NCBI RefSeq assembly: GCF_026571515.1
Contig: NW_026859070.1
Span: forward strand, 620,001 to 684,000
Source of the DNA: Ruditapes philippinarum
Taxonomy: Eukaryota
Direction: 5' to 3'
DNA: 64,000 nucleotides
The notes beneath the pieces were generated by a model, which worked only from the letters and a program-made list of their open reading frames with translations, did no database searches and was not told the origin of the DNA. Position numbers and translations under genes: made by a program. Positions 41,501 through 54,600 of this stretch are shown piece by piece. Position 1 is the first letter of the stretch, and each line of letters begins with the position of its first letter.

Positions 41501-43052
41501 AACGAATTACTAACATGAACATTTAAATAAAAAACTTGAAATCACTGCGAATAATCTGTATAAATGATCGTAGTTTTTCTAATAATTCTTTTTAACATTT
41601 CGGCTGAACTATTAAACTTCTTACAACTTTCTTACATTCCTTGCTTTATTGTTGTCTTATGCATGGACTTACGTAAGATAGCAAAATGCTCAACACTTTA
41701 AAACATTAACACGTGCAATTTATTTGTTCCGTTATATGTTAATATTATAGAATGCTTGGTCATCAAAGCCTTTGAGCTATAGCATTTAACATTGTTCCCT
41801 TAATAAAAAAAGCTCATTTGAAATAATTGAGCAAGTTTATTACCTAAGGCAACACAGGGAAACTACCACCCTCAAAGTGATATGCTTTTAATGACTTCAT
41901 ACAGTTATCATATGGCATTTAGATAATTGTATAACTGCAAAACTGTTGCCTGCCTTGCCCTGCAAAATACTTTTTAATTGCCAACAATATATAAACTATG
42001 AACTGGAAATGTTGGAATGAAAACTTAGGCTTTAAACAATAAAGAATAAATACATGTATTAATAAAAGAGAGAATTTCATGAAAAAAGTAAAACATCGCT
42101 CACCGCCCCAAGCATTAATTTCATCTTAATGCAATCTTCTTAAATAAAATATTGGAAGAAAATGTTAAGTTAAATAATTCGATTTACTATTAATTATCTA
42201 TCACAGCAATGTCAGTTGTATTCTACTTGTTTTATGCCATTAAAAAAAAAATATTCAATATAACATTTTGAGCTATCATATATAATACCATAAGCAGACA
42301 AGCAACACCAACACGAACATTTTGTAATTATTTATTGCACACATTTTTTTATATAAAGCACCACGACTTTTTACAAAATTTTCAAAGAATTGATATCCCG
42401 TCTATCTCATTAAATCAATAAGCATGGTTAATATGTGTTTATCTCGCCAGTATGATAACCTTATAACCACTTTGAAGTTATCGCGCTTTTTAAAATGAAA
42501 GCACTTTATTCAAAGTCGTAAACAACATTTAACATGTTATAATACTTTACTTAGATATTTGTTATAACATTTGACATATTGCATAGATTACTAAATACTT
42601 GAATGAGTATTAAGGTTTAAACGTTTTAAAGAAACCGTTCTGTTTTATCGAGATTGCTAGACTATGTATTCAGTTCTTTTCCAAAATGATATTGATAGGT
42701 ATCCTACATATATGAATAGTATAAAGTGTATATATAACTGTTGTCATTTTATGATACACCTGACAAATTTGCTCCCATCAATTATTAAAACTATGACAAA
42801 CCACTGAAACGATTATTTTATTAACTTCTCTGAAAATGTGCAAAAAAGAGGGGTTTTGTACACTCTGTTGTTATCGTTTGCAAGTCTAAATTCCAAATCT
42901 TCCCACAGAAATATTAATTACAACAAAAGTATCTGTTTTATTGAGTATGTACATGAGAAAGACAAATTAGAACATCAATATCTTTTTAAAGCAATGATTG
43001 TGATATTTACATTTAGCACTAGGTTAAACGAAACTGAAGATGCTCTATATGA

Positions 43053-43190
43053 CTAAATATTAAAGTGAACAAATAATACTAATTCTTCATCCTTTTGCAC
43101 TCTCTTGATTTGGTGACCCTCTACTTGTTTCTTGTGCCGGGCCTGCGTTTTTTGAACATCACCTTGCCGTGTTGAACATGTTGTTAACAT
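43053..43190 (-). pseudogene. Putative first exon remnant, 45-codon ORF MLTTCSTRQGDVQKTQARHKKQVEGHQIKRVQKDEELVLFVHFNI
   Basis: Translated by hand (below the ORF-track cutoff); similar to 29111-29296. Confidence 0.3.
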
Positions 43191-44385
43191 TGTTTTAGGA
43201 TTTTTATTGTCTGTAAATATATTTTGACTGAAAAATAACCATGCACAGCAGAGTAGTGTCTGATGTCAAAGATAAGCTGTTAAAAACATGCTGTGAGTTA
43301 CTTTCATAATTTGTTTTAAAATTACAAGTTATCATTTTTATCAGATAAATAACGTCGGTGACATGTTCCACACTGTTATAACTCCTTTTTTTGTTCGTAC
43401 GTACTGGCTTTCCTGATGGGTTATAAATGACAATCTAATTGATAAAGTCACGGTTTGAAGAAGTTGTCTAGTAAACTTTCGCTTGAAATGATAATTTTCT
43501 TTTGATGACTTGATGAATGTGTTCATCGAATTCGACATGTTCGTTTGTTTGTCTGCCTTGATATTACATTCTTTTACGCAATTTATTGGTCATATCCCGG
43601 CGCTGAAGACCATACCGGCTTTCCAGGGTAAGTTAACAGTTAGATAGTGGCCAGCTACTTATCCAACATAATTTCTGAATCAGAGAGACAAATAACCAGA
43701 AGACTCAATGTGCGAGATCAGTTGTCTTATTTACATTTTGAATATAAGACATTAACCTTAAATTTACTTTAATTTTTTAACACCAGCAAACATATCCGTA
43801 AAGCATTTAGCGCTGTTTACTGAAATATACTTATTATAACAAGTTTAAACCTAAAATAAAGAAAATAAAAATTCCTAAAGAAGTAAAAAACGGCAAAATT
43901 GAAAATGTTGCAGGCTCGGTTTAATTTAAATATAATATAAAGATGATTTCTAGACCGCATTTACACAGCAATGATTTTTTTATTTAGTTTACTAAAATAT
44001 GCACTAGTAATGTTAGATGATATTAAATATAGTTTTTGGAATGATATCTCGTGTTAATATATTGAGTGTGTGACAGGTACACGTAATTGAACATTGGAAT
44101 GCACAGTAATATGCAACATTTTCAAGATTACGATCTTCTTCTTCTAATGACGGCTTGAAAAAAATGTTTTAACGCTAAATGCATTCGTGCCAACATTCTG
44201 CCTGAAAAAAATATGTTAAAGATTAGATAGTTAATTATTTAGTACATTCTACACCTGGGCATTAAACGAAGAGGGTAAACTTGATATATTCCTACTTGAA
44301 ATTAGTAATTAGTTAAATGTCACTAAGCAATTTGCTTCAGGGTCCTTTTCAGTAAAACAGACGTGACAAATTTACTGTTCCGAGT

Positions 44386-45054
44386 GTTTCGTTTAGTTTA
44401 AACATATTTATTTCCCGAATATTTACATGATATACATAATACAATACAATCAGAATACAAATATATAATATATTCAAAGAAAAGGATGAGAACGAAAGAC
44501 TAAGTCTTATAAAATTCTTCTCCTTTTAGTGTAACTTTATAATAAGTCGATTTTATAATATTTTGTACAATTATCAAAAAAGTGGAATGTAAATATTTGT
44601 GACGAAGTAAACGTTATATTTATAAGTAATCATCGGGATAAGAATTAGAAATTATAATAACGAAAAAAGAAGAAAGGAAAACAAATAATACAATAGGAAG
44701 AAAAAAGAAAGAAAGAGAAAAGAAAGATTGCTTCACTGTTTCACTTTAAGTTCAGAGAAATCGCTTTGATTCTGAGATAAAAGTATGAACATGTTTAAAG
44801 ATATTGGCATTATCAGTATCTGAGATGTCCGGGTTGCCAAAAAGTAGGGTGTTGAGGGTAATATCGAAATTATTTAGATTTCCCAATAATTTTTCTCTAC
44901 ATGTACGAAAGCGATTGCATTCAAAGAAGTAATGAAAGTTAGTTTCCATTTGACCACACTCAAATAATGGCGATGGTGATATATTTTTAAGAAACAAATG
45001 ATAATTTAGGGAGCTACATTGTGTGCGTAACCTGGTGTGAAGAATTTGAAGTTT
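44386..45054 (-). mobile_element. 5'-truncated CR1/L2-group LINE (ORF2 C-terminus plus 3' UTR)
   Basis: Minus strand KLQILHTRLRTQCSSLNYHLFLKNISPSPL.ECG..ET..HYFFEC..F...R..L...LLFG......N..IF..V..FI..SKRF, followed by a 3' UTR ending aataaatatgttttaaactaaac. Confidence 0.85.
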
Positions 45055-48000
45055 TGGTTCAGGTGTAAATAAATATTATCATGATAATTTGAAATAGAAA
45101 CGGACAATTTAGTGTTATAATGTTTTGGTAATAAACCTAAATATTAATCCAGGCAATATATATTTAAATATATAATAAGATTAACATCTATTAAAAGTCA
45201 TGACAAGATGCAAGATAGCTAAATTTATTTTACTTTTCATTCCTTTCTGTTCCCCCTTTTGTAGACCTTTTATTGGGCTATAACATGTTGTTGTTATACA
45301 TGTATTGCAGACCTAACAATATTGCAAGATGGCAAACATATTTTATTGTTATTTTAGATTATATTATTCATCAATATGATTCTATTGCAAATAATAATAA
45401 ACGAACTTGCAACCGCACACTTAAAAATATAAAGGAACACGCCAAGTCAGACCAAAGAACGAAGAAAATAAAAAAGCATCCTTAGTAGATCATTTGATAT
45501 ATCCCCAGAAAAGACCAACAGTCATTATAGAGTAATATTATCAAGGGGCGCGACGCGAAGTGTTATATTTATTAACATAATAGGCAAATCAGAAGTTGGG
45601 AGGTTGCGACATAAATCAAGTTGTGTCATATTCAATATTTCACACCCCACTTAACTGGGACAAAATACAAGAGGTAATAATAATTTGTAATCACTCGATA
45701 GTCATTTTTGTCAAGTTTAGAACGACTTTGCTCCCTAGAACCAAGCGTGCAAACACTCCACGTCCTGCTGCTCCTTGATAATATTTAAATTCAAAAATAT
45801 TTATAAAACGCCCTGTTAATCACACAACTGGTATAAGCACTGTGCAGAGACCCTATACATTAATGTTTTATAGTTCTGTTCGTTCGAGCTTAAAAACAAT
45901 TTAAAAAGTTTATTTATACACCCTGGGTTTTTAAAAATACGCAAAAATATACTTAGTTTGATTCAAAGTCAGTTCTATGCAACAATTTTCAAAAGCCTCA
46001 CATAAAATCACTAATGTTCTGGGTTTTAGATGTATATTAAAAAAGTGAGCCGAGAAAATTTATATTGTTGTTTAATTTCTTTCATATGAAGGAAGTCAGG
46101 ATAGCATATGTGATCAGTACTTATTACCAAAAACCATATTACATCGATGTAATGCTATGGAGGGACACTTGTTTCCAGCTAAATTTACTGGTAAAAGTAA
46201 AAATGCAATGTGATATCCCATGAAAATATACCTAGCATACTTTTGCAAGTATTTCATATTTTTCATGTCTGGACAAAAATAGCGCGTTGCATGAAAGTTC
46301 CTTTACCACTGAGAAAACTGGGCAATTTCTCTACATGTTCTTTCATATAGGACATAATTGATAGGCATATTGCGTCCGTTAAATACTCCCTTCAAAGCAT
46401 GTAGCTTCATTTATACCCACAATAAGCGTCATAAGATGCTAATGGTTTTTTTTTGTATCATGGATCGCAATGGAGTTGTTAAAATCCGCAAATATTATAT
46501 ATTTATTCTATAATTTTTCGTTTTCGCTGTATTTTTATGAAACTTCTTTAAAAAGGGATATTGCCTCTTACTTCATAGATTTATTGTTTCAAACAACAAT
46601 TTTAAAGTGAATAGTGCCAATCCAATTCATTAACGAAGATTTAATTTTATTACGATATGGCAAAGCATATATTTCATATGCTTAATTGTATATTCACCAA
46701 CTTTGATTGCCATTTTATGCTTTGCAAAGAAAAGCACATATTGCTGGTTCTTATTCATTACTCGTAAGTGCATGTTGAGTAACTGTATTGATAATCCATG
46801 TACACAGATACCATCTACGGTTATTTACCTAGAAATATTGCAAGCACTGTAAAAATAACTGTAGAATGATAACAAACAATATGATCCTTGTAAGGACTAC
46901 CTATGTTTACAAGTGTACCTAACCTTTCAAAAAGTCAAGACAGTAAAAGGCAGACAGACATAAAACTGTTTGTATAAGTCATATGCGTGTTTGTTTACTT
47001 GGCATTTATTTCTATTTGAGCAACATCTAAATCAAGTAAATCAAGTTATTACACTTGAATGAAATATAAGCTTGACATTTACAGGAAGCGGCTGAAAGTA
47101 TTTATCACATCTAAGTCGTATATCTAGATTATCAGAGCTGGAAGAATATTTAAAATGTTAGTTATTTATTGTTTATTAGACTGAAAATAATACTCAAAAC
47201 CTAAGTGTTTAAGAATATAGAGTCTGATACGTTTTTACATTGTATCTAAACCGTGACATGAAGATACTTTGCCTCACATGCATTGACTACTGAACCACAA
47301 ACCAACGTTTATCAGCCAGAAGCCTGTAGGTATTTCATAAAGGGAATTGGCCGATTTTCTTGCAGTTGTAACGGCACCGTTGGAATGTATGGTGAGGTAT
47401 ATGTTAAAAAAATATTTTTAAATAAAATGCAGATATCGACATATAACATAATATAATAACACTCTTTGAGATAAAAAAATATAAAAGTGTATACATTGAC
47501 TATTTTCATCCTGATAATTTCTAGTATCATTATTTCTGCCAACCAAAATGTTGCCAGTTATCAATCACTGATCACTGTCATTTCCAAATCATGTTCTAGG
47601 CGTTGGACAAATAGAACATCGTCGCTTTTTTATTTTAGAAAACTTTCAATTGTGTTCGGGCACTCCTTTGTTGTATATACATTGTAATTCTTGTATTACC
47701 ATGATGACGAGTTGTTCATTGTAAACAAATGATAGAATATTACATAAATATACGTGGTCTTATAATTCATAACTTTTGTAGTGTGTTTATATTTAAGCCT
47801 TGAGTAATATAAAATGGGAGCTCCACAACATTTTTGACATATCTAATTTTCGTAGTATGATACTTGTTTAAAGATTACCAAACCCATAACACGTTTAGGC
47901 ATGTTTAGAATTTGTTATATCATTCAAGCTTCATTGTAAGAGGCATAACGCAAATGCTGATGTTATGAAATTGAGTATGTTTGCAATTGTTACAAAGGCG

Positions 48001-50095
48001 TTACATAACGGATAACTCAAATGTACTTTGAATCGTTAGAAGAAACCAATTATTTTACTTTAGCAAGGTATATTATACAAAATATCTAACATTTTGTGAA
48101 CAATATATATTGTTAGATACGCATTGTGTTGCCAAAAACAAAAACAAAAAAAAAAAAAAAAAAAAAAACAAAAACAAAAAAAAATATTTTACTTTGACCT
48201 TAGGTAAGAGGCATATCACAATGAAGAAATGCAAACGCAGTAAAAGATTTTTTTTCAGGTGTGTTTGAGTTACTGTGTAGACATTGCAAAAGAACACCAA
48301 GAAATTAAAAGGTTTTGAGAAATAAAAAAAACCTAATTTTGGGATCAAAGTTAAGGTACAATAATTATATAATCATTTATAGAGTTTTTAAGTATATTAT
48401 AATAAAAGTATAGTAATAGTAGATATATAGTTACATATACACAATGAAGAAGATCAATTTAAAACATATATATTCAGAAGAAATAACAAATTACTCAGCC
48501 ATGAACTGACATTACTTTGAATAATAAGAATGACAAAAATAATAAAGAATTAATAATAAAAATAATAAACAACATTTTGTTTAAAGATTACTCATCTACT
48601 GCAGTACTGCGATTTTATTCAACTATACATGTATCTCTGTCTGTAAGGTACAGAAAATACTAGCAAAGAATACTAATAAATTTGTTAGTTGGTACGGAAA
48701 TTAGCAGTTAGAAAAGAACTAGAATTATACGTATCAAATATACTTTGAGGAAAAATTAAGTCATTTATATAACCATAATGTCTGGAACTTAACGAACAAT
48801 GCAAGGAATTGCGAGCTTTGTACCTTAAAAAATATTAATATTACAGAGGTCATCATAAATAACACTTATGTTGCGTGAAATACATCAAAAACTGAAGTGC
48901 TACAACTGAAAGCTATTTGATTCGATTTATTTTGGTCTAAGGCTACATTTTATTTCTCTATTTAATTATGGCAAAAATATTATCTTTTGTAGACGTATGT
49001 TACAAACAAACCAGACATACAGTACTGACAGTCCCTGTATAGTTATATGTCTATATAGAGAATAACATGCTACTGTCTTTTGATATCAATTTTATCAGGC
49101 GAGGCTGATATGGGCTAGAAAGGGCGAGGCTTGCCGAGCCCTTTCTGCCCATATCAGCCGAGCCTGATAAAATTGATATCAAAAGACAGTAGCATGTTTT
49201 TCTATTTATCATGTACACGGGGGAGGAAGTGTTACACGAAGGATGGAGTTCTTATGATAACTTGTTTGGAGTTCTTATGATTACTGTCACGGAGTTCCTG
49301 GAAAACGTTACGGATTTCTGTGGAAAACTTTTTTATATACTTGGAGAACTCGCCTCAAAAATGGTTATTTTTAACTTTAAATGGGGAGTTTGAGGTGCTA
49401 AATTAAACTTTGATAATTAAGCTTGCCCTACATATTGTATTATGTTTCAGAAAAAATCTTTTAGTCCATATTTCGTCGCCGTTTAAAAAAAATCTGCAAG
49501 TTTTGAGAAAAAATTACAAATTACTTGCTAATTCGTACATATTGACCTTTTCCTTTGTGATCTTCTTCGTTGCTATACATAATCACCTAATTATAGTGGA
49601 GAGTTGCAAACATAAAGCCCGGGCTAATAAATTTATACCCTATTTTTCAAATGTTACGGAGTTCTTGTGATAACTCAAAATATGTCCTGGAGTTCTTATG
49701 ATAACTTTTGTTACTACCAGTGTGTTTCTTGTGCTTATTTACGGCACGTTTAAGCGTATTTTATTAGTCAGTAATAGTTTAAATCATTATGAAGCATAGT
49801 ACGCTTATCATTTGCACAAAAATTTGGTTATATAACGTTGGTTTTGATCGTGTTTTAGTTCCTAATTAAATTTGTGCGAAATCATATTGACATTATAAAA
49901 CCCAACGAATGCACTTAATGTTTCTGTGTATACTGTTCGTCAACAAAAGTTTTATGTCATAAGTTTCCGCAAAATGCAACATTGAGGCCATGTGGCAAAA
50001 TTAAACACGACATTCAATATATCTGGAGAAGACATGAAACTGCTTTGGTGTACAGTCTACATAGGATAAACAGGTGCTAAGCTATCTTCAGGAAC

Positions 50096-50320
50096 GACCG
50101 CCTCCGTGGTCGAGGGGTTTGAGTCGATGACTTCTAATCCAGTTACCTCTCTGGCGTGGGTTCGATCCCCGGGAGATGCTTTGGTAGTTTAGCACGGAGG
50201 AAGGTAGTCTAGTACTGGTGTAACTCTCCAGGAACGATGGTTAGGAAACTACCCGCCCATATGACTGAAATACTGTTGGGAAAAGGCGTAAAATCAAACA
50301 AACAAACAAACAAACAAAAA
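50096..50320 (+). mobile_element. tRNA-derived SINE with (CAAA)n tail
   Basis: A-box-like gtggtcgagggg, B-box gggttcgatccc, 3' atatgactgaaatactgttgggaaaaggcgtaaaa, and about six caaa repeats. Confidence 0.85.
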
Positions 50321-50463
50321 TCAGGTTTTCAGGAAAACCTGAATCAGCGGTCACCTGTATTCAGCAGTAACATGGCTTAAACCGCCAAGGAAAAATTGTT
50401 TAAAATTTTTTCTCAGTAACATGTTTTAAGCAACCGCCTTTCTAAAGCAGACAATAAGTAGTT

Positions 50464-51609
50464 CATGGTGCATATCCATATCGTACCCTCTTTGCGAAAT
50501 CTGCTCAAACGGTACCCTCTTTGAACATGCACAGGTCATTCTCTGCTAAAAACAAACCAGCGATGGATAACAATCCAGTAAAATTTCATTGTAATAAGGA
50601 AAGGAGGTATGACACGTAGAAAAGATATATACCACGGAACACTAGAATGTTTTATTTATGTGCTGATTTGTCATGTGCCCGATTTTCATGTACTGCAACT
50701 TCACAATAAGATACAAAAAATCGACATGTCTTGCCTCGACCATCACATCGACATATTTTTCGGGCTGAAATGAACCTGTGACTTGATTATATATGCATCA
50801 TACATATTTAATATGTTCATATACATAATTATCATCTTTGGACAAATGGCAGTATATTGTCAAAAATAAATGTAAAATTCATAAAAACACCCTACTTTCG
50901 GTTTTTCAGCGGCACGGGCTACCTCTCTTCATTTGAAGTTTTATATCACAGGTACCCTCTTATTTTTGAACACATAGGTACCCTCAAGGCACGACATATG
51001 CTTTTATTTGCGTTAATCGTTAAGTATGTATGTAATATTTCTTACTTTTATGTTAATATTACATACTTAGCGATTAACACATTAAAGTATATGTCGTGCT
51101 TTGAGGGTACCTATGTGTTAAAAAATGAGAGGGTACCTGTGGTATGAAAATTCAAATGAAGAGAGGTAGCCCGTGCCGCTGCAAAACCGAAAGTAGGGTG
51201 TTTTTATGATTTTTTCATTTATTTTTGACAATATACTGCCATTTGTGTATATGAACATATTAAATATGTGTGATGCATATATAATGAAGCCATAGGTTCA
51301 TTCCAGCCCGAAAAATATGTCGAGGTGATGGGCGAGGCAAGACATATCGATTTTTTTGTAGCTTATTGTGAATTTGCAGTACATGAAAAACGTGCACATG
51401 ACAAATCAGCACATAAATAAAACATTCTAGTGTTCCGTGGTATACATCTTTTCTACGTGTCATACCTCCTTTCCTTATTACAATGAAATTTTACTGGATT
51501 GTTATCCATCGCTGGTTTGTTTTTAGCAGAGAATGAACTGTGCATGTTCGAAGAGGGTACCGTTTGAGCAGATTTCGCAAAGAGTGTACCGATATGGATA
51601 TGCACCGTG
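50464..51609. mobile_element. Palindromic MITE, CA(C/T)GGTG termini, 5-bp TSD TAGTT (Transib-like)
   Basis: 1146 bp, almost all inverted repeat (arms ~550 bp, short AT-rich centre near 51020-51065). Left CATGGTGCATATCCATATC, right GATATGGATATGCACCGTG. TAGTT at 50459-50463 and 51610-51614. Confidence 0.88.
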
Positions 51610-54600
51610 TAGTTGGGCTTCCCTCAAGAAGCGGCTAAGTAAATTGTATCATTATATACCATCTATCGTATATAATCGGGATATCCTTCACACCCATGCA
51701 CCCGAAATGTATGATCTTTTTATGCATAAAAATCAACCGATTACTACCGATCTCTTCGACAGATTTGCACGTGCCCTACGGGTTCGAGCGAAAGAAGTTC
51801 GACAATATATTTTTGTAATCAATTACAGCAAAAGTTGTTGCAAAATTTCCACTAGGACTCCAACTTTGATAAGAAAAATGTATGCAGTAATTTTCCGAAA
51901 TATGGAAATTGCTGTACGTCACGTGATGCTACATTGGATTTAATAGAGAAAGGAACAAGGTCGATAAACGGCATGAACCTTACGGTGACTCACATATCTT
52001 ATTGAAGACTTACTTTCTATCGTCATATCATTGTCATAGAACTTTATACGTTTCTATGACAAAAACTGATACCTTTTAGAAATTGAAATACCCGTTGAAA
52101 CATAAAGACGACACCCACCTCATTAAATTTAGATAAAGGTAGTGCATACTACCTCCTATTTTGCTGAAAACCATTTACATGCATACCGATAGCATAGTTA
52201 CTTAATGTTCTCTAAAACTGCCAGGAATAATGTATATATGACGAAATCATGATTCAAAGCGTATTTTTATCCTGTAAGTAAATGTTCTACATCAAGTATG
52301 TTTACAGTCATTCCAATAAAATATATAAAAAACACACACACACACACACACAAAAAGACCAAAACAAACACAAAAAAACACAAGAAACGGAGGTAAGAAA
52401 AATATCTCTTGAACTGAAAAACACGATCAAAACCAACGTTATATAACCAAATTTTTGTGCAAATGATAAGCGTACTATGCTTCATAATGATTTACACACT
52501 TATTGTCTAATAAAATACGCTTAAACGCACCGTGATTAAGCACAAACACACTGGCAGTAACAAAAGTTATCATAAGAACTTCAGGACATATTTTGAGTTA
52601 TCGCAAGAACTCCGTAACATTTGAAAAATCGGGTATAAATTTATTAGCCCGGGCTTTATGTTTGCAACTCTCCATAATAATTAGGTAATTAAGTATAGCA
52701 ACGAAGAAGATCACAAATGAAAAGGTCAATATGTACGAATTAGCAAGTAATTTGGTAATTTTTCTCAAAACTTGCAGATTTTTAAAAAAAAGGCGACAAA
52801 ATATGGACTAAAAGATTTTTTCTGAAACAAAATACAATATGTAGGGCAAGCTTAATTATCAAAGTTTAATTTAGCACCTCAAACTCCCCATTTAAAGTTA
52901 AAAATAACCATTTTTTAGGCGAGTTCTCCAAGTATATAGAAAAGTTTTCCACAGAAATCCGTAACGTTTTCCAGGAACTCCGTGACAGTTATCATAAGAA
53001 CTCCAAACAAGTTATCATAAGAACTCCATCCTTCGTGTAACACTTCCTCCCCCGTGATGTAACACATAATAACTGTCAAAATAACAAAATAATCAACTTT
53101 TAAATAGCGAATTTCGTTAAAAAGGGGAATTTTTGTTCAAAGAAATAATTCTTGAAAACAAATTCCTCCGCCCCTGAAAATTAGAATTTGTAAATTTTGG
53201 CGGCCATTTTTTCTTTCGACTCGGATAAAAGATACAACAGACTGTAGGCCTAATACGATAACATTCTTACCTTTAATTTAAACATCGATCCAAAAATCGG
53301 CTTAGAATCACATAAACTAAACTTTACTGCAATTTTTGTCTTGAATTGTCAAATTCAAAAGTTCACGATAATTTCAATCAAAGAAAAGTCAACTCGGCAA
53401 TCAAACACAAGCTACACAAACATGCGTCTTATTTTTTAAACGAAACAATTTGTTCACTTATTAAATAATAATCCGGCGAAATAAAGTAAACATTTACAAG
53501 TTCTCAAAGAAAACCGTCTAGCCTGTTTGTTTTGATTACATGTATAGTATGACGTGAACATCGATGATGTCATTTGCAATATGAATTATGACGTCACTTC
53601 ATTTAGTTGGTGCTAAAACTATTCGCTATCTAATTTATTCGTAATTGAAATCGAAATAACAAATAAATAAATATCGCATCTTGATTCAAGACTTGTAAGG
53701 GTATGAGATCACATTGTAGAATTCACATGCTGATGAAAATGAGAATATAAGCAATTGAAAAAAAGTCCGTTAAAATGGGCGGGGCTTATTTTTGATATCA
53801 GGTTACTGACCTGATATCAAAAATAATTATCAGGCAAGTGTTATCGGGCAGTTACCATAGCAGTTGCATGATAAAATAAAAAATCTAAACCCTTTATTAG
53901 TGATAATGTAGACAACAAATGCAGATTACCTTTTTTAATAACAATTTGTTTTATCATTTATTTAGTTTGATGTAAGAAATACAAAATAAATTGTGTTTTT
54001 GTTTTCTTGAAACATTTTGTGAATAAATAATTGTTCAGAGTTGCATTGGATCAAAGTTAAATGGCCTTTGTCTGACTATGCAGGCATTTAAAAGTATTAT
54101 GCAAATATCTTTCCCGTTAAAGTCAAATTATAATTACGTCATTGCCAATGACCCATAACGAATACTAAATAGAAAAGTTAAAAGAAACAGCAGAAGAACT
54201 GTAACATAAAAACATAGAAAAATACTTTACTTGAAATACCGATCGTAGCAGTTCAGTTAGTGCACTAAATTGGTAAGGTAGTTGGATAACTTGCTCTCAT
54301 ATCCGGGGTCTGTGACTGGAAAAATCATCAACAAAAAATCTATGCAAAGCATTCTTTGCACATGCAAAGAAGCCAAGGTTTAAGTTTTGTATATAATAAC
54401 TTTTTCCTGGTACCTTTAACATTTATATCATGATTTTACGATATCAAAATGTTTGTCTTTTTATGATAATAATTAATTTTACGCTTACTTTTACAGTCAT
54501 CTAATTGTAGAATAAATAATAATTTGTTTCATAATGTCTGCGGTAAATAATAGTTTGGAAACCAATGAAATGATTTATTGTCTCAAGTTAAACCTCAAAG

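Larger units (their letters stand above)
42830..47220. repeat. Older segmental duplication, copy B (paralogous to parts of 28930-39020)
   Basis: Same anchors as copy A, interrupted by the LINE at 44386-45054. Confidence 0.8.
49216..53056. mobile_element. Foldback non-autonomous transposon, CAC..GTG termini, 5-bp TSD ATGTA (Transib-like)
   Basis: ~630-bp near-perfect TIRs (49216-~49850 and ~52423-53056) beginning CACGGGGGAGGAAGTGTTACACG. ATGTA at 49211-49215 and 53057-53061. Repeated GGAGTTCTTATGATAAC motifs inside the TIRs. Confidence 0.88.
49055..53877. mobile_element. Hairpin-ended non-autonomous element (Crypton/CryptonV-like, tentative), host of nested insertions
   Basis: ~150-bp hairpin at 49055-49205 centred on gggcgaggc-tt-gccgagccc, then tttatcatg. 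The far end has a second TTTGATATCA-containing hairpin (53786-53826) and the inverse catgataaa (53867-53875). Confidence 0.55.

Noticed and set aside
49216-51609. True 12/23 RSS signals at the CAC termini
   Set aside because: No ACAAAAACC-like nonamer at 12 or 23 bp from the heptamer-like ends examined, and the TIRs are symmetric.
50857-51943. ORFs 50857-51147, 51260-51463 and 51533-51943 as a transposase
   Set aside because: They lie within or straddle the palindromic MITE boundary and have no transposase motifs.
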